DNA of 64,000 nucleotides from Armatimonadota bacterium (GTDB lineage: Bacteria > Armatimonadota > Hebobacteria > CAIYQO01): the NCBI GenBank assembly GCA_029553475.1, contig JAKPKV010000077.1, positions 6,082 to 70,081 on the forward strand, in the 5' to 3' direction. This document shows positions 29,497-39,171 of the stretch, in pieces (within the stretch, counting starts at the first letter, position 1; each line of letters starts with the position of its first letter). Under the pieces are notes generated by a model. That model was given only the letters and a program-made list of their open reading frames with translations, was not told the DNA's origin and ran no database searches. A program made the position numbers and the translations under genes.

Positions 29497-29605
29497 GGGC
29501 GGGCGAGCGTCCTCGCGAGCCGACTCCGGATGGAGATGATGGTTTGTCGTGCACGACTTATATCACGTCCACCCGGCATCGGCTCGCGGAGACGCTCGCC
29601 CGTCC
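29497..29605. repeat. Foldback repeat of the GGGCGGGCGAGCGTCC family (diverged copy)
   Basis: Arms match those of 15929-16065; the spacer is shorter. Confidence 0.8.
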
Positions 29606-29625
29606 AATTTACCCTCTCCACCGCG

Positions 29626-30471
29626 TCACCGCAGCGCCTCCGCCGGCGGCGGATAGCCCACCAGCGCCGTCTGCCAGGGGGTGGTGATGGGGTAGGCCAG
29701 CATCTGTGGCGTGGCAGGTTGTACAAAGAGATGCGCCCGCACCGCCGCCGGGGTGAGCATGTAGCTTTCCGGGGCGAAGGCTTTCCAGGAAGCGGGAGCC
29801 TCGTAGGTGAATGCCTGGGTGATGGTCACCTCTCCACCCGGTTTCACCGTCCAGATGGGCGGTTTGCCCGGCACCGCCACGGGGTTGATGACCAGCCAGG
29901 GGTCCAGCAGCGTCGAGTAATAATAACCGAGCAGCTGTGGCTGGTGGATAGTGCACTCGGACGCAGTGGCATTCTTCACCGTGACACTCACTTCAAACTG
30001 TCGCCCGAAGAAGATCGGCTTCACCGGTTTCGTGAAGGCGGCGGTCACCGCCGGCGCCGCCAGCATCGCGGCAAAACGCTCCGCGTCGCCGATGGGCTTC
30101 ATCCCCTGAAAGCCGCCGGTGAGGGTATAGCCGTCGCGCGTCCGGGTGAGGAAGAAGAGCTGCTGCTGCCCCGGCTGCAGGGTGAAGCCGCCGTGGTCCA
30201 TGATGATCATCCCGCCGCGCGTCTCCGGCGGCGCCGCGTGGCGCACCGTCACCGTCTCCAGCGCCGGCCCGCGCAGCACCCGCTGCACGGTGATGGTCGC
30301 CTGTCCGGCGTTCCAGTCCGGTACGTTCGGCAGCCGTATGTCCTCTTTCACCGTGCCCACGATGACAACATCAGAGGTGGCGACCAATTCCTGGTCCGAC
30401 ACCGCCGCCATCATCGCCGCCGCCGGCGCCAGCGCGCACGCCGCGCAGAGCCAACACAGGATGCGAAGCAT
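29626..30471 (-). CDS. Hypothetical secreted protein
   Basis: GGAGG RBS, signal peptide and 'ELVATSDVVIVGTV'. Confidence 0.7.
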   Translation of the reverse strand: MLRILCWLCAACALAPAAAMMAAVSDQELVATSDVVIVGTVKEDIRLPNVPDWNAGQATITVQRVLRGPALETVTVRHAAPPETRGGMIIMDHGGFTLQPGQQQLFFLTRTRDGYTLTGGFQGMKPIGDAERFAAMLAAPAVTAAFTKPVKPIFFGRQFEVSVTVKNATASECTIHQPQLLGYYYSTLLDPWLVINPVAVPGKPPIWTVKPGGEVTITQAFTYEAPASWKAFAPESYMLTPAAVRAHLFVQPATPQMLAYPITTPWQTALVGYPPPAEALR

Positions 30472-30503
30472 ACAAAACCTCCCCTGCAGTCACGTTGCCT
30501 GTT

Positions 30504-30668
30504 AGAAACTGTTTCAGAAGTCTGCGTTGTCGGCTCGCGGCGGGCTGCTCGTGGCTGGCAAGGCGGAGGGCCGCGAGTGTACTGGGGAGTACATGCCAGG
30601 CCAGCCAACGCGGCCAGGCGCGAGCAGCACCCGTGAGACGGCGGCGCAGACGGTGAAAACAATTTCTT
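30504..30668. repeat. MITE-like foldback bounded by imperfect AGAAA(C/T)TGTTT..GTCTGCG inverted repeats
   Basis: Left end at 30504-30526; the reverse complement of 30637-30668 resembles 47601-47632. Confidence 0.6.
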
Positions 30669-30766
30669 AGACAGTCTCTCACCCGCCAATGTTCCCGCCC
30701 CTCCGCCGAAAGGGGGGACGCTTCCCCCGGCGAATATCCCCCTCATCCCACCTCACGGAGGCACCC

Positions 30767-32728
30767 ATGGCGCAGATCAGGACAGACGGGCACCGCATTA
30801 GCTGGCGGCGAGGGCAGGAGATCGTCTGGATCGAGCCCTGGGGGGCGGACAGCGCCCGCGTGCGCGCCGCGCCGGCGCCGGGCGTGCGCGAGCTGCCGGG
30901 GGCGCTGCTGCCGCCGGAGCAGGCGGGGAAGGCGGAAATCGCCGTCGGAAACCACGGCGCCGAGCTGCGCAACGGCAAGCTGGTGGTGACCATCAGCGAT
31001 ACCGGCTGGATACGCTTCCTGCGCGCGGACGGCGCCGTGCTGCTGGAGGAGCTGCCGCACCTGCTGGTGCGCGACTTCAAATCCCTCGACGGCGGCGCCT
31101 ACCGCATCCAGCAGCGCTTCCGCGCCTACCCTGGCGAGCGCCTCTACGGCATGGGGCAGCATCAGCACGGCCTGCTGGACCAAAAGGGCGCGGTGCTGGA
31201 GCTGCGCCAGCAGAATACCGAGGTGAATATCCCCTTCGTGGTCTCCAATCGCCGCTACGGCTTCCTCTGGAACAACCCGGCGGTGGGCGTCGCCGAGTTC
31301 GCCACCAATTTCACCCGCTGGACGTGCGACGCCGCGCAACAGATTGACTACTGGCTCACCGCCGGCGACGACTACGCCGAGCTGCTGCGCCACTACGCCG
31401 ACGCCACCGGCCACGCGCCGATGATGCCGGAGTGGGCCAGCGGCTTCTGGCAGTGCAAGCTGCGCTACCGGACGCAGGAGGAGCTGTTGAGCGTGGCGCG
31501 GGAGTATACGCGCCGCGGCCTGCCCATCTCCGTCATCGTGGTGGACTATTTTCACTGGACGATGATGGGCGAGTGGCGGTTCGATCCCGCGTGCTGGCCC
31601 GACCCCGCCGGCATGGTGCGCGAGCTGAAGGCGATGGGCATCGAGCTGATGGTCTCCATCTGGCCCACGGTGAATCCGAACAGCGACAACTACGGGCGCA
31701 TGCAGGACGCCGGCCTGCTGGCGCTCACCGAGCGCGGGCTGCCCGCCGTCATGTCCTTCGAGGACACCCGGCCCGCGGGGCGCATGCTCCTCTCCTACTA
31801 TGATCCCACCAACCCAGAAGCGCGCGAATTTCTCTGGCAGCAGGTGAAGGAACACTACTACGATCTCGGCATCCACATCTTCTGGCTCGACGCCTGCGAG
31901 CCGGAGATCATGCCCATGGACCACGACCACATGCGCTACCACCTGGGCAACGGCGCCGCCGTCGGCAACCTCTACCCGATGCTGCACGAGCGGGCCTTCT
32001 ACGACGGCATGACCGCCGCCGGCGAGCAGCGCGTGCTCAACCTCTGCCGCTCCGCCTGGGCGGGCAGCCAGCGCTACGGCGCCGCGGTGTGGTCGGGCGA
32101 CATCCCCTCCACCTTCGAGGCGCTGCGGGCGCAGGTGCGCGCGGGCCTCAACATCGCCATGAGCGGCATCCCCTGGTGGACTACCGACATCGGCGGCTTC
32201 CACGGCGGCGACGTGGCGAGCGCCGACTTCCGCGAGCTCATCGTGCGCTGGTTCCAGTACGGCGTCTTCTGCCCGCTGTTTCGCCTGCACGGCGTGCGCC
32301 AACCCGGCACGGCGAAATCCGGCGGCCCGAATGAGGTGTGGTCCTTCGGCGAGGACGCCTACGCGATCATCACCGGCCTCATGCGCCTCCGCGAGCGCCT
32401 GCGCCCCTACATCATGGCGCAGATGCAACTGGCGCACACGCACGGCACCCCGCCCATGCGCCCGCTCTTTTTCGACTTCCCCGACGACGAAGCCGCCTAC
32501 GCCGCCGACGACCAGTTCCTCTTCGGCCCCGACCTCCTCATCGCCCCCGTCCTCGAACAGGGCGCGACCCGCCGCGAAGTCTACCTCCCCGACGGCGACC
32601 GCTGGCGCGACGCCTGGACCGACGCCATCCACGTCGGCGGCCAATGGCTCACCGTCGAAGCCCCCCTCCACTGCATCCCCGTCTTCGTGCGCGGCGACGC
32701 TGAGCTGCCCCTGCGAGAGGAGATGTGA
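30767..32728 (+). CDS. GH31 glycoside hydrolase (alpha-xylosidase-like)
   Basis: GGAGG RBS. 'GFWQCKLRY', 'IVVDYFHW', nucleophile 'WLDACEPE', 'WSGD', 'WTTDIGGF' and 'RLHG'. Confidence 0.92.
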   Translation: MAQIRTDGHRISWRRGQEIVWIEPWGADSARVRAAPAPGVRELPGALLPPEQAGKAEIAVGNHGAELRNGKLVVTISDTGWIRFLRADGAVLLEELPHLLVRDFKSLDGGAYRIQQRFRAYPGERLYGMGQHQHGLLDQKGAVLELRQQNTEVNIPFVVSNRRYGFLWNNPAVGVAEFATNFTRWTCDAAQQIDYWLTAGDDYAELLRHYADATGHAPMMPEWASGFWQCKLRYRTQEELLSVAREYTRRGLPISVIVVDYFHWTMMGEWRFDPACWPDPAGMVRELKAMGIELMVSIWPTVNPNSDNYGRMQDAGLLALTERGLPAVMSFEDTRPAGRMLLSYYDPTNPEAREFLWQQVKEHYYDLGIHIFWLDACEPEIMPMDHDHMRYHLGNGAAVGNLYPMLHERAFYDGMTAAGEQRVLNLCRSAWAGSQRYGAAVWSGDIPSTFEALRAQVRAGLNIAMSGIPWWTTDIGGFHGGDVASADFRELIVRWFQYGVFCPLFRLHGVRQPGTAKSGGPNEVWSFGEDAYAIITGLMRLRERLRPYIMAQMQLAHTHGTPPMRPLFFDFPDDEAAYAADDQFLFGPDLLIAPVLEQGATRREVYLPDGDRWRDAWTDAIHVGGQWLTVEAPLHCIPVFVRGDAELPLREEM

Positions 32729-32804
32729 TGCACTCTCCCTCCATCGGCGAGCTCCGCGGTTCCGTTCCCCTGTTTCGCCGGAGTCCCGCGACCCGTGTTC
32801 TCCC

Positions 32805-35066
32805 TCACCGCACCAGCATCCAGCACAGGCTCGCTCCCGCCGGCGGCGGGGTCTCGAACTGGACGGTGAAACCGTCCTGCGCGCGGTCGGTGATGGCACG
32901 GTTAGTGAGCCAGGTGAATTCCAGGAAGACGGCGTAGGCGGCGTCGGCCTCGGCTTTGGGGAAGGTGACGGTGAATGCCTTCGCGCCTTCGGGCACCGGC
33001 ACGTTCACCCCGCGCAGGTTGCGCGCCTTCGTCTCGGTGCCGGAGAGGCCGCCGACGTTGAACAGCCCGCCGGGCAGCGACATGCCGCCGCCCTCGAAGC
33101 GGAAGGCGCCGTCCTTCGGCGAGACGGTGAGCGAGGCGGTCTTCGTCTGCCCGTCGTAGTACCATTTGATGGGCTGCGGGCGATTGTTCGGCTGATAGAA
33201 GGCGATGGCGGCGTCGGCGGTGTCCCCGGCGAAGACGATGCCCTCGTTGCAGGCGGAGTTGATGGCGATGATCGTGTTCCACGGCGGGCTGCCGTCGGCG
33301 CGCTTCGCGCTCGCCTCGATGGAGTTGCCGCCGCCCGCCACCGTCATCACCGCGTGGCGCATCGTCGCGCCGTGGTTGGCGATATCGAAGACCGGCGCCG
33401 GGAAGGCGCCGGGCACCTGCTCGAAAAGCCACGCGCGGAAGGGGATGGGCTTGAACGGGTCGGGGCCGACCGCCTGCTCGATGGGGTCGTTGGCCGCGAA
33501 ATCCAGCGGCGTGCCGCTGTGCGGGCCGGGGGCCACCTTCACGATGCGCTCCAGCGCGCCGCCCACGTAGCGTCCGCCCCAGGGGCCGTCGTCCTTCACC
33601 CCCCGTGCCACGTCGTAGACGTTCGCGCCGGGGGCGATGATGTAGGTGAGCGGCGTCACCCGGCCGTCTTCGCTGTAGTGCTCCGGGCGGTAGAGGGTCG
33701 GCGCGCCGGCGGGTTTCGCCCCCCACCAGTGGCGGGTGATGGTGATCGTCTTCGTGCCGTCCGGATTGGCGGTGAAGCCGTGGATGTGGTACCAGCGGCG
33801 CACCCGGTTGCCGCCGGGCACGTATTCGTTCGGCTCGTCCACCGCGAAGTAGCGGCCCACCACGTCCGGCGTCACCGGCGCGTCCGCTGAAAAAAGGATG
33901 AGGCCGCCCATGCGCAGCTCGGCGCGCCCGCCGGTGCTCGCGTCGGCGATGACTTGCGTCGGATAGCTCTTCCCCGCGAAAACGGGGTTCTTCACGTAGG
34001 GGCCGATGTCGTACCAGTCGCCGGGGCGTACGATGACGACGCTGCCGGCGGTGATCCATTTGGCCGGGTTCATGTTGATCATCGGCCGGCCGGTGCCCAG
34101 GGTGTGGGCGTTGGCCGCGCCGGTGTATTGCAGCTCGGCGGTGGCCGCGGTGAACGCCTCCACCCTGCCGCGGAAGTGATTGGAGAGGCTGTAGGGGAAG
34201 GCGGCGTAGAGCACGCCGTTCTCGTCGCCGGCGGTGGAGTGCACGTCGCCCATGTAGTTGAAGCCGGCGTAATACAGGTAGTTGTCGCCCTGCGAGTAGT
34301 TGTGCCGGTTCAGCATCACGTCGAAGGTCTGGTTCTCGGTGTGCGAGTACGTGTCCATGCGGAGGACGTTGGCGTGGGTCTTGTTGGAGAGCAGCGCGCC
34401 TTTGCGCACGTCGGCGTCAATATCGGCGATGACGTAGGGCTGCCGGCGCTCGGTATCATACCCCAGCGACTTGATGTAGAGCCGGTTCAGGTTGCCGCCC
34501 AGGGTGTTGACGAAGAGGCCGGGGAAGAGCCCGCGCAGGGTATGCACGTAGATGCGCTGGTCCTTGCCCGCCTGCACGCCGTCCACCACCCAGTCGTGAT
34601 AGCTGGCGGTGCCGCGGACCACGCTGTTGTCGAGCTGCAGCATGGGGTGGTAGTCCCAGTGCCCGGCGCTCTGTCCCTCCGGCATCTTCAGCGTGCGCGC
34701 GAAGGTCATGCCGCTCATCGGCGGCAGCAGCACCCGCATGGAACCGGTGCGGCCGTCGAGGATGGTGATGCCCGGCCCGTAGCCCCACTGCGTCGCCGGC
34801 GCCGGCGGCGCGGGCGTGCGCCAGGACTCCTGCGCGGTGTTCTCCGGCTGCCACGCCGGCGGCGCCGCCTTCGGGATCACCAGCACCCCGCCGCCCCGCG
34901 CGATGAGCCACGCCGACGCCGTGTCCAGCGTCGCCTGCGCCTCCGCCACCGTCGCCACCGGCCCGAATTGCTCCAGCGAGTAAACCCCCGCCACCGGCGT
35001 CGGCCCCTCCTGCGCGAACACCGCGCCGAGCAGCAGCACACCTATCAGCACCACAATCGCCCGCAT
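32805..35066 (-). CDS. Large secreted hypothetical protein, paralog of 35170-37413
   Basis: AAGGAG RBS, signal peptide and long blocks identical to the neighbour (THANVLRMDTYSHTENQTFDVM). Confidence 0.8.
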   Translation of the reverse strand: MRAIVVLIGVLLLGAVFAQEGPTPVAGVYSLEQFGPVATVAEAQATLDTASAWLIARGGGVLVIPKAAPPAWQPENTAQESWRTPAPPAPATQWGYGPGITILDGRTGSMRVLLPPMSGMTFARTLKMPEGQSAGHWDYHPMLQLDNSVVRGTASYHDWVVDGVQAGKDQRIYVHTLRGLFPGLFVNTLGGNLNRLYIKSLGYDTERRQPYVIADIDADVRKGALLSNKTHANVLRMDTYSHTENQTFDVMLNRHNYSQGDNYLYYAGFNYMGDVHSTAGDENGVLYAAFPYSLSNHFRGRVEAFTAATAELQYTGAANAHTLGTGRPMINMNPAKWITAGSVVIVRPGDWYDIGPYVKNPVFAGKSYPTQVIADASTGGRAELRMGGLILFSADAPVTPDVVGRYFAVDEPNEYVPGGNRVRRWYHIHGFTANPDGTKTITITRHWWGAKPAGAPTLYRPEHYSEDGRVTPLTYIIAPGANVYDVARGVKDDGPWGGRYVGGALERIVKVAPGPHSGTPLDFAANDPIEQAVGPDPFKPIPFRAWLFEQVPGAFPAPVFDIANHGATMRHAVMTVAGGGNSIEASAKRADGSPPWNTIIAINSACNEGIVFAGDTADAAIAFYQPNNRPQPIKWYYDGQTKTASLTVSPKDGAFRFEGGGMSLPGGLFNVGGLSGTETKARNLRGVNVPVPEGAKAFTVTFPKAEADAAYAVFLEFTWLTNRAITDRAQDGFTVQFETPPPAGASLCWMLVR

Positions 35067-35131
35067 CTCTGGCTCCTTTCCATCCCTCTTGATCACAGCA
35101 CGCTGGCGAGGTTAACCCGTCCGGGCCACCA

Positions 35132-35160
35132 CCGGGGCCGCGGAGTTGCACTCCGCACGA
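35132..35160 (-). repeat. Single REP-like copy (GTGCGGAGTGCAACTCCGCGGCCCCGG)
   Basis: Matches 6059-6085; lies between the two paralogs. Confidence 0.85.
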
Positions 35161-35169
35161 GTGCTGTTC

Positions 35170-37413
35170 CTACCGCATCAGCACCCAATCCACCGCCGCC
35201 CCCGCCGGCGCGGGCCGATCGAACCGCACGGTGAAGCCCGCCGCCGCCCGCTCGGTCACCGCGTGGGCGGTCATCCACGACGGCGACACGGTGACGGCGT
35301 AGGCCCCGTCCTTTTCCGCCGTCGGGAAGGTCACCGTGAACGCCTCCGCCCCCGCGGGCACGGGAACCTGCACCCCGCGGAAGTTGGCGGCCTTGCCGGC
35401 GCCGCCGGCCGCGGAGAACCCGGCGGCCCTGTTGCCGGCCAGGCCGCGCACCGCGGTCAGCTCGCCGCCCGCCAGGTCCACGCCGCCGGCGTCGCCGGTA
35501 TAGCCGCGCGGCCGCCACCACAGCTGCAGATCGCCGCTGTTCGAGACGCCGAGGATGCCCTGCGGGCTGTTCCAGTCGCTCCCGCTCCACTTCATCTGCT
35601 GCGGCTGGCCGGGCTGGCGGAAGGCGATGGCCGCGTCGGCGGTATCGCCGGCGAAGGCAATGCCTTCGGTGCAGGCGCTCTGGACCTCGATGATTTTGTT
35701 CCACGGGCGCGGCAGCGGTTTGGCGGGGTCGCGATACTCGGCATACCGGCCGGAGCCGCCGTCCACCGACAGCACCGCGTGGCGCTGGGTTTCGCCGTGG
35801 TTGGCCACGTCAAGTACCGGCGCGGGGAAGGCGCCCGGCACGTTTTCGAAGAGCCACGAGCGGAAGGGGATGGGTTTGAAGGGATCCGGGCCCATCGCCT
35901 GCTCGATGGGGTCGCCGGGCGCGAAGTCGAACGCCGTGCCCAGGTGCGGGCCGGGGGAGAGTTTTATAATGCGCTCCAGCGCGCCGCCCGCGTAGCGCCC
36001 GCCCGATGGGCCGTCATCCTTCACCCCGCGTGCGACATCGTAAACGTTCGCGCCCGGGGCGATGATATACTTCAACGGCTTCGCGTCCTTCTGCGCCATG
36101 CCGGTGGTATAGTGCGCGGGATTATACAGCCGGGTGATGCTGACGTTGTTCTTCGCCCCCCACCAGTTGCGCTGGATGCTCAGCCACTTCAGCCCATCTT
36201 TTTCGCCAAAACCGGCGATGTAGTACCAGCGGCGCACGGCCGCCGACCCCGGCACGTACTCGTCCGGCTCGTCCACCGCGAAGTAGCGGCCCACCACCTC
36301 CTCCGTCCACGGCGCGTCGTACGAGCGCACGCGGTCGGCGTAGCCGATGAGCGCGCCGCCGGGATGGATGATATGCGCGCGGCCGGCGGTGATCCATTTG
36401 GCCGGATTCATATTGATGATGGGGCGCCCGGAGGCCAGCGTGTGCGCGTTCGTCGCCTCCCGGTACGTCAGCTCGGCGGTCGGCGGCGTGAACGTCTCCA
36501 CCGTGCCGCGGAAGATGTTCGTCATGCTGACGGGGAAGGCGGCGTAGAGCACGCCGTTCTCGTCGCCGGCGGCGGCGTGCTCGTCGCCCATGTAGCGGAA
36601 ACCGGCGTAATACAGGTAGTTGTCGCCCTGCGAGTAATTGTGCCGGTTCACCATCACGTCGAAGGTCTGGTTCTCGGTGTGCGAGTAGGTATCCATGCGG
36701 AGGACGTTGGCGTGGGTCGTGCTGGAGAGCGGCGTCCCGGCGGCGATGTCGTCGTCCACGTCCGCCACCACGTAGGGCAGTTGGCGTTCGGCATCATAGC
36801 CCAGCGACCGGATATACAGGCAGCTCATCTTGCCGCCCGGCGCGTTCACGAGCATGCCGGGGAACAGGCCGCGGATGGTGGGGACGTAGATGCGCCGCGC
36901 CTTGCCCGCCTGCACTCCTTCGACGACCCTGTCCTGATAGCCGGCGGCGCCGCGGATGAGATGATTATTGAGCTGCAGCATGGGCAGGTAGCCCCAGTGC
37001 CCGGCGCTCTGCCCCGCGGCCATGCGCAGGGTGCGCTCGATGGTCAGCGGGGTCATCTGCGGCACGGATACGGTCACCGCGCCGCCGCGGCGATCCACGA
37101 TGGTGATGCCGGGAGTGTAGCCCCACTGCCGGGCCGGGGCGGGGGGATCGGGTTTGCGCCAGGCGCCCTGGGTGATATTCTCCGGCTTCCAGCCGGCGGG
37201 GGCGTCGGCGGGGATGAGCAGGATGCCCCCGCCGCCGGCGATGAGCGCGGCGGCGGCGTTCTCCAGCGCGGCGTCCGCCTGCGCCGGGGTGGCGATGGGG
37301 CCGTACTCCGCCAGCGAGACGATGGCCGGCGCGGGCGCCGGCGCCTGGGCGCGCGCCCATATCCCGAGGCAGACCAGCAGCAGACAGCGGACGAATAACG
37401 CAGACCTTCGCAT
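35170..37413 (-). CDS. Large secreted hypothetical protein, paralog of 32805-35066
   Basis: GGAGG RBS, signal peptide and sequence collinear with the neighbour. Confidence 0.8.
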   Translation of the reverse strand: MRRSALFVRCLLLVCLGIWARAQAPAPAPAIVSLAEYGPIATPAQADAALENAAAALIAGGGGILLIPADAPAGWKPENITQGAWRKPDPPAPARQWGYTPGITIVDRRGGAVTVSVPQMTPLTIERTLRMAAGQSAGHWGYLPMLQLNNHLIRGAAGYQDRVVEGVQAGKARRIYVPTIRGLFPGMLVNAPGGKMSCLYIRSLGYDAERQLPYVVADVDDDIAAGTPLSSTTHANVLRMDTYSHTENQTFDVMVNRHNYSQGDNYLYYAGFRYMGDEHAAAGDENGVLYAAFPVSMTNIFRGTVETFTPPTAELTYREATNAHTLASGRPIINMNPAKWITAGRAHIIHPGGALIGYADRVRSYDAPWTEEVVGRYFAVDEPDEYVPGSAAVRRWYYIAGFGEKDGLKWLSIQRNWWGAKNNVSITRLYNPAHYTTGMAQKDAKPLKYIIAPGANVYDVARGVKDDGPSGGRYAGGALERIIKLSPGPHLGTAFDFAPGDPIEQAMGPDPFKPIPFRSWLFENVPGAFPAPVLDVANHGETQRHAVLSVDGGSGRYAEYRDPAKPLPRPWNKIIEVQSACTEGIAFAGDTADAAIAFRQPGQPQQMKWSGSDWNSPQGILGVSNSGDLQLWWRPRGYTGDAGGVDLAGGELTAVRGLAGNRAAGFSAAGGAGKAANFRGVQVPVPAGAEAFTVTFPTAEKDGAYAVTVSPSWMTAHAVTERAAAGFTVRFDRPAPAGAAVDWVLMR

Positions 37414-37475
37414 GGGGAGCCTCCCGCGCGGTCACCATGCGGCACCGGGCTATTCATGCGCATGTAACCAAGGGC

Positions 37476-37504
37476 ATTATACCGGGAGCCGGGTGATTTG
37501 CCAA
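37476..37504 (-). promoter_or_regulatory. Sigma70-type promoter TTGGCA-N17-TATAAT
   Basis: Perfect -10 with a 17-bp spacer, about 60 bp upstream of 37413. Confidence 0.6.
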
Positions 37505-37607
37505 GCAGACGCCGTATGGCATGCGGGAGAACTACGCCGGCCCACCATGGGCATGGTGGGCCGGTGGCACGACGGCTGCCGTGCGAGCGCCTGTCTCGGT
37601 GACGGAT

Positions 37608-37883
37608 TCACAAGCCTTTCGCCGCGATAGTCAGCGGCGCCGTCGGCGCCGGGCTCCCGCCGTGCCGGGCCGTGCGTTTTGCGCGACGAGGTGAGCGCGG
37701 GCCACACGCGCGCTCGCGCTCACGCAATGCGCGCCGTTCCGCAACAAGGTTGGCTTCACGGCGCCGAAGCGAAAGCAGGCCGATTTCACAGACGACATCC
37801 TGCGTCTCAACGCGCTCGATGGCCGCCTTCACTTTACGCAGGCGCTGCAATTCCGCATTGATCTGTTTGACGGATCGTGTCAT
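37608..37883 (-). CDS. Small coiled-coil hypothetical protein coupled to the DUF6932-like gene
   Basis: ATGA overlap with the stop of 37880-38416. 'MTRSVKQINAELQRLRKVKAAIER...SLRRREANL'. Confidence 0.55.
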   Translation of the reverse strand: MTRSVKQINAELQRLRKVKAAIERVETQDVVCEIGLLSLRRREANLVAERRALRERERACGPRSPRRAKRTARHGGSPAPTAPLTIAAKGL

Positions 37884-38416
37884 ACCGAACACCTTCCAAG
37901 CTCATATTCCCCCAACAGCACGACAGCATACCCTTTTCGGTGTCTTGCAGGATTACCCTCGTCGTATGGCATCTCCTTCACCCGCACGAACTCATTCACA
38001 ATGTAATCTTTCAGCGATATGAAGGCATCATAATTCACATGTGTCATCGGACAGCACAGTATGAGAAAGGGATGCGCCATATACCTTGCTTTTGCCGTAT
38101 CAACTTGCTCTAACTCGTTTCGGACAAACGCCTGGGCCTCGGAACTACTGGTGTTAAACAGGTCGTGCTCAATGAAAACGGCAACATCTACATCGTCCGG
38201 CTCCGGCTTTCCAGTGGTGAAGGAACCATTCACATACCAATACCCGACCAAACCTCGGGAGAGCAGATCCCCCCGCAGCCGCACCAGTCCGGCGAATAGT
38301 TGCGGCCGTCGAACGGAATATGGAAACGCTCGGACGAAATCCTCCTCCAGTGCTGCCATAGTATACGGGTGCGGACCTGCTGACAGCAAGCCGTACTCGT
38401 TGAAAATGTCCGCCAT
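37880..38416 (-). CDS. DUF6932-like nucleotidyltransferase-fold protein, low GC
   Basis: 'FNEYGLL.AG.H', 'S.RR..LF', 'WYVNGSFTTGKPEPDDVDV' (GS...D.D) and terminal 'KG'. Confidence 0.75.
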   Translation of the reverse strand: MADIFNEYGLLSAGPHPYTMAALEEDFVRAFPYSVRRPQLFAGLVRLRGDLLSRGLVGYWYVNGSFTTGKPEPDDVDVAVFIEHDLFNTSSSEAQAFVRNELEQVDTAKARYMAHPFLILCCPMTHVNYDAFISLKDYIVNEFVRVKEMPYDEGNPARHRKGYAVVLLGEYELGRCSV

Positions 38417-38664
38417 CTCTCGCATACAGCCAATCCTAACCGTAGGTCCATGACGAGACCTTTTGCCTTCGCCCCGCGCGGAAAAATTCACGCCTGGAGG
38501 AACGCACCCAGGTAGAGTAACCCACAATTCGACCGCAAGCAGACGATCTCCTGCTGGCCGCCAGAGATGATATACTACCTATATCGCCGTTGTGAGCAGG
38601 AGACGGCCCCTGCTTCGTCAAATACTCTCCCCGAACGGACGATTCTACTCCAGAGGAGCTGGCG

Positions 38665-39159
38665 ATGCACACTTCGGATAAGTGGCTGATCGGCATCGTC
38701 ATCGGCGCCGCGCTGCTGGTGTGCGCGGCGGTGGCGGTGACGGTGCTGCGCCCGAAACCGGCCTACCGCGCCGACGACACCCCTGCCGGCGTCACGCACA
38801 ACTACCTGCTCGCGCTCAAGCAGCGGGACTACGCCCGGGCCTATGGCTATCTGTCGCCGACGCTGTCCGGTTATCCGCCGACGCTGGGGGCGTTCACGCG
38901 GGACATTGAGGACCAGGCGTATCACTTCGACTTCGACAACGTCTCCCTGGAGACGGGCGACACGCGCGCGCTCAGTGATCGGACCATCGTGACGGTGAAG
39001 CGGACCACCTTTTCCTCGGATGGGCTCTTCGGCAGCAACGCCTATACCTCCACCTTCGACGTGGCCCTGCGGCGCGAGGGCGCGGCGTGGAAGATCATCC
39101 ACGCTGACGCATACTGGTCGTGGGAGTGGGAGCGGAAGCCGCGCGACGCGGCGCGGTGA
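38665..39159 (+). CDS. Hypothetical membrane-anchored protein
   Basis: GAGGAG RBS, N-terminal TM and 'DTPAGVTHNYLLAL..RDY.RAYGYLS'. Confidence 0.75.
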   Translation: MHTSDKWLIGIVIGAALLVCAAVAVTVLRPKPAYRADDTPAGVTHNYLLALKQRDYARAYGYLSPTLSGYPPTLGAFTRDIEDQAYHFDFDNVSLETGDTRALSDRTIVTVKRTTFSSDGLFGSNAYTSTFDVALRREGAAWKIIHADAYWSWEWERKPRDAAR

Positions 39160-39171
39160 AAGGACGACACG

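Noticed and set aside
37596-37613. Rex operator near GGATTCACAA
   Set aside because: Only one half-site matches TTGTGAA-N4-TTCACAA, and it is not in a convincing promoter position.
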